Source: Octopus sinensis (Eukaryota). Taken from it: DNA of 64,000 nt. Shown here one piece after another: positions 53,422 through 64,000 of the stretch; the stretch's first letter is position 1; each line of letters opens with the position of its first letter. Location of the stretch: positions 13,578,001 through 13,642,000 of the forward strand of contig NC_042998.1 of NCBI RefSeq assembly GCF_006345805.1, read 5' to 3'. The notes below the pieces were generated by a model. That model was given only the letters and a program-made list of their open reading frames with translations. It was not told where the DNA came from and ran no database searches. A program made the position numbers and the translations under genes.

Positions 53422-55281
53422 ACACACATACCCCCACCACCACATATATTTTCGTGCGTGAGTTTATTGTGCGCATGTGTGTGCATGTGTGTATGTATAT
53501 CTATGTATCTATCTATGTGTGTGTGAGTATGTATATATGTGTGACCGCGCGTGCAGCGCATACAATGTAAACCAGCATGAAGTATCTTTCTAACTGTTTG
53601 CCTTATTCAGTGTAGCCTCTACACCTTGAATCCACGCGTAAGCGTAAGAGAAGCTACTCAGTGCTGGCTGGAAAAATTCCAGGCCTTCATACCTGACCAA
53701 ACTTCGAATAGATTCATCATTGAAGGATTAAAAATAGTCCTACAAAATTCATAACCTCACAACTAGAAAATAACTGCAAGTAAACATCTTGAAAAAAGTA
53801 AAATAAAATATTCATCTTTTTTTTTTTATTCTTCTGTTCAAAAAAAAAAATCTTCACTAGCCAAATGAAAAAAATTCAAAATTTATTAACTTAATCGGCG
53901 AATTAACATGTCGAATAACAATTTTTCCCTTTATATATTTGCACCGCAAAAAAATTCAGCGCAATTACGATTAAATAAATGAGATATGTTAATTATGAAA
54001 TATAAACCACAACTTAATAACCTATAACAACACAACCGAATCAGAAAACTCAAATTATTAACTAAAACTTACTAGAAACAACATGCATAATTGCAAAGTT
54101 GATATAACGAGCTTCCTCCATGATTTAAAAGCGTAACATTAAAATAATCTACCATTTGACCAGAGATGTGAATAAAGTTATAAAGAAATATTAACATAGT
54201 ACTGTTTATACACCTATATCAATCTGCGCTACATTACCTGTTGAACAGTGGAAGTAAACAGAACTTTTTTTCTGATAAAGTATGGGAAACTCTTTTCACG
54301 TCAGTCATGATTGCATTGGCTCATTCCGCATAGCAATTCCAGTGCTTAACATCGCTAGCATCAACAGCTGCACTTTACGTGCATGAGTGTAAATATGCTT
54401 ACGATGAAACTGAAATGCACTTCAGGTAATTTGCAACGGCTGTTAAAATACTCATTGCAGCAGCAAGTACAGTCTGTAAAACCTCAAAGATCTTGAAACC
54501 CAGTAACTGGCTGTCATACAATGTAAGAGATTTCTTCATCGTTATGAAATAATTCTTTGATGCTATATGTTCAATGATTTAAATGCAACAGAAGGTTACA
54601 GGGAAACAGATGCTCGGTAGCCATCAATGGAATGAATATTGAGAAAGGTACGCTACGCAGCAATTAAAATCTAATGAACAATATATCAGAGGAATTACAC
54701 AGAATATATTAACAATTTAACCGAACTAGAAGAGAGTAAAGAATAAAAATTAAATACTTGGTAAGGCATACAGAGATTGTTGGAGGACGCTGATATTTCC
54801 TGGACTAAGAACATGCTTACGCCTTGATCAGAAAGTTTGGGAAAGGTGGAAATCGATGGTAAAGAACTAATCTTTAATGCCACCTAAATGAGAAAAAAGG
54901 CGATTTGACAAAATACAATGAAAGTATAAGTCATTCTTAAAGAAAGTAATTTATAATGTGGCCTTAGTGTGTTCGAACAATGATATGAGGCAATACGTTA
55001 ACATACCTGAAAGTAAGTCACCTGAAGACATCAGTGAACGTAGAAAACCAAGAAAGTAGAGTGTGTAGAACAGTTTGCTTGCAAAACATAAAATGCCGGA
55101 CTTGCGAACAGGTTGAATATTCCGTGTTGGCGAACAGAATATCGTAATATAGACATGTGTATATAAATATCAGACATATATATACATAGACACATGCACA
55201 TATGTCACACACACACACATGTATATATATAATATATATTATATATATATATATATATAATATATATATGCGTGTATATAT

Positions 55282-55570
55282 GTGGAGGCGAAATGGCCCA
55301 GTGGTTAGGGCAGCGGACTCGCGGTCGTAGGATCGCGCTTTCGATTACCAAATCGAGCGAAAACACCTAAAGGCTTCACGAGGCTCCGGCGGGGTGTGGT
55401 GATCCCTGCTGAACTCTTTCACCACTATTTCTTTCACTCTTTCTTCTGTTGGCCTGCTCGCTTAGCCAGCGGCGTGGCGTCATTCGAAGGCTAAAACAAT
55501 GCGAACGCATTGTGACCAGCGATGTGTAGCTACATCTGATGGACTGGTCGGGTGACGTGATCACGTGATA
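55282..55570 (+). mobile_element. tRNA-Arg(TCG)-derived SINE, same family as 53123-53421
   Basis: A box tggcccagtgg, ggactcgcggtc, and a shared body and tail. Confidence 0.88.
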
Positions 55571-55754
55571 TGTATATATACATATATATATTAGAAGAAA
55601 TGAGGTAATCAGAAGATCCGATGGTTCATATTTACAGATATTTATTTATATATTACATATTTTACATATATATCATATCATTCAGATCATATCATTCAGA
55701 TCATAGCGCTTTCTCCTCCCATTCTAGTAGGGTTTTCAAATCAAAATAATATTA

Positions 55755-55803
<49 letters not shown>

Positions 55804-56019
55804 ATATATATATATTCATAGACATATTATGTTATACGTACATACATACATACACACGTATATATATATATATAATATATATAGGACAAGTATCCGCGAT
55901 CCTGAGAGGCGGAAAGACAACATCGCACTCGAAAACACACTCCTACACATATAGATCCGAGTTTTGTGTAAGCTTGCGTTTTAATGTGCATCCTCGTTTG
56001 TACATTTTGAAAATGCTAC

Positions 56020-56069
<50 letters not shown>

Positions 56070-56363
56070 GAGAGAGAGAGAAAGGAGAGTAATGCAGAAT
56101 AAAGAGAATCTTCAAAGAAAGCGCCTTTACAAAACAACAATATCATCATTAATTCTAAAAGTATAATTTTGAAATGTGCCGGATCGAAATTTGAAAAGAC
56201 ATCAAACAAAACAAAGTAAAAAAAAAGAAAAAAATTCTGCTAACACAAGGGAATATTAAATATCTGCAATTGCACTGAAAATACGATAGTTATAATAAAA
56301 TCAACATGCGAAAGTTATATTTACAACGTAGAAATTAATAGCTACTCAAAGTGGTATATATAT

Positions 56364-56436
<73 letters not shown>

Positions 56437-56469
56437 GGTGTGGTGTGTATGTATATCTATATATATATA

Positions 56470-56512
<43 letters not shown>

Positions 56513-56687
56513 TTTACATGTATATATCTATATGCATATCTCTCTCTCTCCTCTTATATATATTATATATATATTATATATAGTATAGTATATATAATAT
56601 ATATAATATATATATATATATATATTGTATATATATATTATATATATATATGTGCATGTATATATATATGCATATATATATATGTAT

Positions 56688-56724
<37 letters not shown>

Positions 56725-58255
56725 CAAATTATATATATATACACACAGACATGTTCCTGGTTAATTTTGTTTGTGCTCATTTTTATTATTACTATTCTAA
56801 ATGTGCAATTTTTTTTTTCTACTGAATCCCAGTAAATTACGCATTTCGCGTCAATTAATTAGAACCTAGCTTCAGTTTGATGAATTGGGCATTACCGAAA
56901 CTTATTAAAAGGAAAACGATGTCGCATTCGCTTTCATTTTTCGCCCACACTACGTCATTGTCTCGCTTTCTCCATCTCTGTTCTCACACAAACTCGCGTA
57001 CACACAGGCGAAGATACATAGATATATACATACATATATACATACATACATACACGCATACATACATACATTTACATGTGTGTGTGTACGTATATATTTA
57101 ATTATTCATATCAAACACTTTCTAATCAATCGCGCTATATAATAAGTACGACTTGATCAAAATAACATCGGCATATTAGCTTTTTAATGTAATGATAACC
57201 TATCCTGTTGTAGAATGCTGGATAGAAGCAGACGAAAGAATTGATAAAAGTAGGTAAATATCCCCGATGTATTATTTTACGGATATGTTCCACATAACAG
57301 CAGATCGATAACATATAATCGAAATAATCGGTTGGCACTCAATTAAGGAAAATCAATATCAGAAAATCATAATAGAATATTATTTTCCTATTACTTTTTA
57401 TCAAATATTTTTATCATTATATCTCAAATGTGAAATAGTTGTAGAAAACTTTTTCACTGTTTGACTTTTATATATTTATATAGTCTTGTTGTTCTTGTTG
57501 TTCATATGCAAAAACCCAATACAAGCGCCTGTACATACACACGTATATAGACACACTCATGCATGTATATATAGGTTTCAGAGTCGTGATAAATAATCAC
57601 AGCACCATCACCATAATTGAATTTTTGTATAACTGATATACAATAAGCATTATATATTACTTCCTGAGATCGTATTATTTAAATAAGCGAATGCAGCCAG
57701 TGTTAATTTTAGTGAGCATAATGTCAAACGACAAAGAGAGTTTATAGTGTGATTGCACTATGAGGAAAAGCAATACGTTTTCACATCGAGATCTTCCCAT
57801 TAGTTTTCATTTATATTTTCACTTTTATTGTAGAATAATAGTCATATATATTTAGAATAATAATTTTCTATATATAGATATGTGTGTGTGCTTCTGTGTG
57901 CTTGTGTGTTATTGAAAATATTTATAGCTTTGTGTTTGTGTATATTATAGGTCATATTTCTTCATTTGACTGATAATTTAATGTTCTGTGTGTATGTAAT
58001 CATTAAAGGGATTGGACCACTACATAAATGCATGATCTGTATCCAGTTACAAATAGTCATTATTGCTAAATTGCCATGGAAATGGCCTCGTATTATAATG
58101 TTGTTTAAAAAAAATGTAGCATTTCAAATATCATATGGAATTTATGATTGTGACTGGGCTTTTAATCATGTTTTCAGTAACATGCTTTAAATATACGAGG
58201 TGCATAGCTATAAATATATACATATTACAATGGTCAACATGTATGAAATATATTT

Positions 58256-58662
58256 AGGCGCAGGAGTGGCTGTGTGGTAAGTAGTTTGTTTACCAACTAC
58301 ATGGTTCCGGGTTCAGTCCCACTGCGTGGCATCTTGGGCAAGTTTCTTCTGCTATAGCCCCGGGCCGACCAATGCCTTGTGAGTGGATTTGGTAGACGGA
58401 AACTGAAAGAAGCCTGTCGTATATATGTATATATTTATATATGTGTGTGTGTATGTCTGTGTTTGTCCCCCTAGCATTGCTTGACAACCGATGCTGGTGT
58501 GTTTACGTCCCCGTCAATTAGCGGTTCGGCAAAAGAGACCGATAGAATAAGTACTGGGCTTACAAACAATAAGTCCCGGGGTCGATTTGCTCGACTAAAG
58601 GCGGTGCTCCAGCATGGCCGCAGTCAAATGACTGAAACAAGTAAAATAATCAAAATAAAAGA
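58256..58662 (+). mobile_element. CORE-type tRNA SINE, full length
   Basis: Complete head, CORE-like segment and tail. Confidence 0.92.
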
Positions 58663-58796
58663 ATGTGTTACTGTTAAATCGCGTGCTTAATACGCAATCA
58701 TTCATAATGCGTGTCGATGATTCTTGGATAATAAAAGTTGTAAAGTTTTGAGAATAATCTCATGCAACTGATTGGCAGTCGATATATTACAATATC

Positions 58797-59100
58797 GGAG
58801 GCACATGGCCTAGTGGTTAGAGCAACGGACTCGCGGTCGAGGGACGCAGGTTCGAATCTCAGACCGGGCAATGTGTGTGTTTATGAGCGAAACACCTAAG
58901 CTCCACGCAGCTCCGGCAGAAGGTAATGGCAAAACCTCTGCTGACTCTTTCGCCACAACTCTCTCTCACTCTTTTCCTGCACCTTGCAGCTCACCTGCGA
59001 CGGACCGGCGTCCAATCCAAGCGGGGAACCTATACGCCAAGAATCCGGGAAACCGGCCCTTATGAGCCAGGCATGGCTCGAGAAGGAACAAACAAAGCAA
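58797..59100 (+). mobile_element. tRNA-Arg-derived SINE with a different (V-domain-like) body
   Basis: A box tggcctagtgg, B box ggttcgaatc. cctgcgacggaccggcgtccaatccaag resembles the V-SINE core from recall. Confidence 0.75.
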
Positions 59101-59190
59101 CAATATTACAATATTAACAAAAATATTTTAAAATTTCCTCTTCCAACCTCCACTGATACGAGACATAACTGAATAACATTCCTATATAAA

Positions 59191-59540
59191 TTACGGAGAT
59201 GTACTTGCATAGCAAGTGATTTACTCTGAGATCGTGTGCTGAAACGAAAACAATTGCAGCGTGGAAGGTGTTTGTAAGCCATTTAAGAAACACTCAAAAG
59301 CCGTTCGATTCACTTCAGTATTTAAATTTAATTGGTCAAAATATTTTCGTCGCTATTAGACCGCGACCTGTTCACTGACAAAAATCCGTGCTGAGATGCA
59401 GCACGGATTTTTGTCAGTGAACGGGTCGCGGATTTTAGCGACGAAAATATTTTGACAAATTAAACTTAAATACTGAAGTGAATCGAACGGCTTTTGAGTG
59501 TTTCTTAAATGGCTTACAAACACCTTCCACGCTGCAATTG
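59191..59540 (-). mobile_element. Palindromic Penelope-type insertion with two G3:C8 hammerhead motifs and a 13-bp TSD
   Basis: TSD attcctatataaa at 59178-59190 and 59541-59553. Arms 59251-59393 and 59399-59540. Confidence 0.8.
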
Positions 59541-59779
59541 ATTCCTATATAAAACCAATAAGAAAACAGAAGACGAAAATCATGAAACATGGATCTACGT
59601 GCAGATAGTTTATTAACATAGAAGAACAGGTCGCACAAGAATAACAAAAATAAATCAACACATACACTCTGATCCCCTTAAAGGTCAATATGCACAAGCA
59701 ATGCTATAGGTTTCCAACAGCAAAATTGTTATAGCATGGCTCAGAAAATAATACATTTATAAATATAGCTGCAAAATAT

Positions 59780-60400
59780 ACATGTCATTACAGAAGCCCG
59801 CTTTTGGTGATGGATCTAGGATTGCCATCACTGACATCGATAGCACATACCCAGATATGGCACTCATATTCCTAATAAATAATGGACGTCTATCACAACT
59901 CTGTAACAGATGTAAAATTCCCAATCTGCACAACAGACCGCATGCTAAAAAGCAATATGCTTGGCGCTTATAGAGAGGCATCAGACTTATAATATAGCAG
60001 ATGCGAAAATACACATACGAAGATATAGTTTATTTCGTATTGCTAGAAGAGAAAAAAATCTATGGAGGAGTTACTATGTAGATCAGCGTAGATATCACCC
60101 TTCGTATTGTTGTCACATTCAAAGTCAGTTTAGAAACACTTTAATAATATATACAAAACAAATTGATGTAGTTGCCTACACTACATACCGTCTATGAAAT
60201 GCCTTGAAGCATGATGGTACATAAGAAAAACATAGAAGAGGTAGTGATTATATCTAGGATCCACTCATCAATATACTCCACCAGGATGATTTCATCTCAA
60301 ATGTCAAATAGCGTCAAGGCCATATCTGGGACGTTACTGCACGAACAAAGGCACACAGCAACTTTATTCGTGCCTGTGTTTACTAGCTGTTACGGAAGAT
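59780..60400 (+). mobile_element. Decayed APE endonuclease region of a CR1/L2-like LINE
   Basis: ALIERH...IADAKIHIRRYSLFRIARR followed by ggaggagtt (GGV) and ..YRL, in APE motif order. Confidence 0.55.
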
Positions 60401-60537
60401 GCTGAAAGTCTTAGGGTAAAGATGGCTGTGTACCTCCGTAGCCGACGACAGATTTGATTAAGGAAAGGCTCAGAAGGATACTCTCTGCATGTTGCATTCT
60501 GACTGTAGTCCCTGCAAAAAACAAATGTACCTAACAT

Positions 60538-61095
60538 TTGGGTTGTCCGGAAAGTTCGTGCCGATTTATAGTAGCTTACATTTCAACTTATTTTAGAACA
60601 TGGTTGAGTACATAAAATAGGATTTGACTACATCTTCTTTTAGAGCACAGTTTAGGCTATCTTTTCGTGGAAGAAGGTTTATGTTCCTATAACCTGTGTT
60701 AATTTTGTAACCCTTTAAAATGGAAGATAAGAAAGTTCATTTTCGGCACTTAATGCTTTGGGAACCAGACAAAAATTGCTGCAACTCGGCTGGGATGTGT
60801 TACCCCCACCTTCCATATTCACCAGATATTGCTCCTCCGGATTTCCACTTATTTAGATCTCTGCAGAATAGACTTAATGGTAAAAATTTCAATTCCTTGG
60901 ATGACGTAAAAAGATACCTCTTTGCCATGAAACCACGTCAATTCTGGGAAGAGGGTATTTTCAAGTTAAAGAAAAGATGGAGACGCATTGTGCAACAAAA
61001 TGGTTTATATTTGGTTGATTAAAAGTGTAATGGCAAGTATTTATTGACCTTTTTCTTTCCTTTAATTATCGACACGAACTTTCCGGACAACCCAA
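60538..61095 (+). mobile_element. Internally deleted mariner element
   Basis: TIRs ttgggttgtccggaaagttcgtg / cacgaactttccggacaacccaa, with TA on the right side. ORF 60720-61022 joins the N-terminus MEDKKVHFRHLMLWE to PYSPDIAPPDFHLFRSL...RWRRIVQQNGLY. Confidence 0.92.
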
Positions 61096-61659
61096 TATAT
61101 TGGCCCAAGTCGTTGGTGTTTCTATCAATAATCACTAATGTCTGAAAGCCACGCGACTTGCCTGCATGGACAGCTACAATTATTCTTAAAAGCATCTTCC
61201 CTGTGCCGGCACATAGAAGAGCAACTGATGTTAAAAATTAACCGAAGGTGGAGCAGCATTCAAATTTCATATTTATAGTAATTTATATAATTCCATTTCC
61301 TCTAACAAGTCGTTTGCTTATTATGAAAGCTATCAGTTGTAATGTGGTAAATGCCAGCAGAAAATTCTTGAATACATACTATGTTTAGAAAATCCGATAT
61401 CAATCCGCGGGAAAGATATGTCAGGTACATAAAAATACGGAATTCTATCCAGAAAGGTAAGATGCATTTATTGGATTAGCATAAGAAATATAGTATAAAA
61501 TGTGAGAGAGAAAAATGAAAATCTTATAAATTTTGGCATTGGAAATTCATTCTGTAGGTTGATTCAGATTTCAAAATTTTAACACGTATTTGAATATCTT
61601 TCTGAAACTTATGGAAACAAGCTAAAACGCATAACACATGAACACGCATTAATATGTAT

Positions 61660-61666
61660 GTATGCA

Positions 61667-61703
<37 letters not shown>

Positions 61704-61713
61704 ATATATATAT

Positions 61714-61795
<82 letters not shown>

Positions 61796-62180
61796 ATGTA
61801 TATGTATATATATAATGTATAATATATATATGTATATATATATATATGTATATGTGTGTATATATATATCTGTATATATATATGTATGTATATATATATA
61901 TATATATATATGTATATGTATGTATATATATATATGTATATGTATGTATATATATATATGTATATGTATGTATATATATATATGTATATGTATGTATATA
62001 TATATATGTATATGTATGTATATATGTATATGTATGTATATATATGTATATGTATGTATATATGTATATGTATGTATATATATATATATATGTATATGTA
62101 TGTATATATATATATGTATATGTATATGTATATATATATATATGTATATATATGTATATATGTATATATATATATGTATT

Positions 62181-62220
<40 letters not shown>

Positions 62221-62260
62221 TTATTTATTTATTTATATACATAACTCACGTACATATATG
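61660..62260 (+). repeat. Compound (TA)n / (TATG) minisatellite
   Basis: Units of about 20-22 bp, gtatatgtatgtatatatatatat. Confidence 0.93.
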
Positions 62261-63300
62261 TATATATGTATGTATAATATTTATATATGTATGTTACAAA
62301 AAGGATGAATGCATCTGTTTCTAAGACGTTCATTCACACGACAATTTGGGAACGGTGAGATATTGTATTGGAAAATAACTTCATCCCAGAAATTATGATT
62401 ATAAAAATATCACCCGCAAAATTATAAGCGGACTCTCAGGCAACGATGTTTTTCAGCTCAATTTTCCCCCACATTGTGACAGATATAGCTCTGAGTCTTC
62501 TGCTCTGAGACAGAAACTAAGCATTTGCTGATGCGTGTTAACAATAGATAATCTAGGTTTGCAAGCGAATTTGTACAAGAAGCGGCAATGCAAAACTAAT
62601 GGTATGCAACGTTATTTATAACACGTCATTGCATACTCTAAATTGAAAATTGCACGTTCGAATGTACAAGAACTTATAGAAATAAGCACATCATTATTTT
62701 CGGATTCATTCTTAAGAATACAGTTAGTGGTGTGTGTATATATATATATGATTCATAAAGAATCAAGACATATGAACTTGCAGTACGCCGCTTACTGGTC
62801 GGACTGAATTACGCTGGACAGATATTAAAATAATCCACTACCAGTTTACAGCACCGTTGATGTTATCCTCTCATTTTATCAGGAATTCATTTTTCTTTTT
62901 ATCAGGAATTCGAAGAAGAGTGGAAAGCTTGACGTGCCGTGAAGCAATAACAGTGAGAAATTTAAACGAATGGTATTTAATTTTGTAACATATGTTTTTC
63001 TGAAAAACTTTGTTACACGTTATCAAAATACATTATAATAGATAACATCATACATTATTCAATTCCGCATGCACATCAAGCATTAATTAAAATATAGTAA
63101 AATTGTGATTGTGTGATCAAAAGAACGTTTTGCGAGTCTTTGTTTTTTTTTTCTTTTCATTTCTCTTTTAAATAATTTGTGACGCGCATTGAAATACCAT
63201 AATCTATGTGGTTACCCATAATATTGTGTTACGCTCATATAAAATATATATATTCCCCGAGAAACACTTGTCCCAAAACATAAAACGTTCAGTTGATTCT

Positions 63301-63338
<38 letters not shown>

Positions 63339-63341
<3 letters not shown>

Positions 63342-63540
63342 TACAAGAGTGGCTGTAGAGTGAGAAGATTGCTTCCCAACCACAGGGTTCCGGGTTCAGT
63401 CCTACTCCGTGCCACCTTGGGCAAATGTCTTATGGTATGGCCTCGGGCCGACCAAAGCCTTGTGAAGGGATTTGGTGGACGAAAACTGAAAGAAGCCCAT
63501 CGTATATACATATCTATATGTGTGTGTATGTGTGAATCGT
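63339..63540 (+). mobile_element. CORE-type SINE, 5' half
   Basis: ggttccgggttcagtcc...gccaccttgggcaaatgtctt...ggatttggtggacgaaaactgaaagaagccc. Confidence 0.85.
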
Positions 63541-64000
63541 TTTATAGTACTTGAAGTTATGTATTAGAACACTGAATGCTGGATAGGTTTGCCTTCAACG
63601 TTCCTGTCAAATACACACACAATTCTACATGGTCAGACATATATCGTAGCATACGAGAACCGTGTGGTACGAGCACATAACTGAGTTTCACTTGATGTTA
63701 ATGAATTGCGCTTCCTTAGTCGCATACCTCCCCTTACATCTTACCAGCTATAACTCACTCACAAAGATATATCGAATAAGTGATTTTTTAGTGACTAACG
63801 TCTCACGCAGCCTGTTGGCTTGTTCAAAAATGCCGGATCTTTGTGACATCAGAGGCATGAAAATCAATTATTTTATATCTCTTTTGCAGTCAAAATAAGC
63901 AGCTGTTTGGCAAATGGAGGCCAGCAACCGATAGTGCGCAGTACGCTGAAATCACGTCATCTCTGGCAATTCCGATTCTCATGCAAGACAATTCTCTTTC

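Noticed and set aside
54400-54660. Possible hAT dimerisation-domain remnant (LIAAASTVC, AINGMN)
   Set aside because: Similarity too weak, and no TIR or TSD found.

Overview
AT-rich, microsatellite-dense eukaryotic non-coding DNA. The SINE repertoire points to a coleoid cephalopod, probably Octopus (inference). I could not support any host protein-coding exon, and most ORFs in the track are translations of (TA)n/(TAA)n/(TAG)n repeats. The window is a transposon graveyard. (i) At 17.5-28.9 kb is a cluster of R4/Dong-type restriction-like-endonuclease retrotransposons: about 7 copies, one near full-length at 4.06 kb. Most sit in (TAA)n arrays and all are oriented with the array strand, alongside a non-coding TAA-flanked passenger element. 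(ii) There are many tRNA-derived SINEs (CORE-type, tRNA-Arg-type, Meta/MESC-like). (iii) There are CR1/L2-like and RTE LINE fragments, a hAT MITE with an 8-bp TSD and an internally deleted mariner. (iv) Most interesting is a set of hammerhead ribozyme motifs absent from the ORF track, folded by eye, mostly of the minimal Penelope type. They include a 480-bp tandem unit bracketed by two hammerheads, palindromic insertions with 13-bp TSDs carrying G3:C8 cores, a U3:A8 core behind a GIY-YIG fragment, and a hammerhead tail that may belong to a tRNA-headed SINE. No folding software, alignments or database searches were run.
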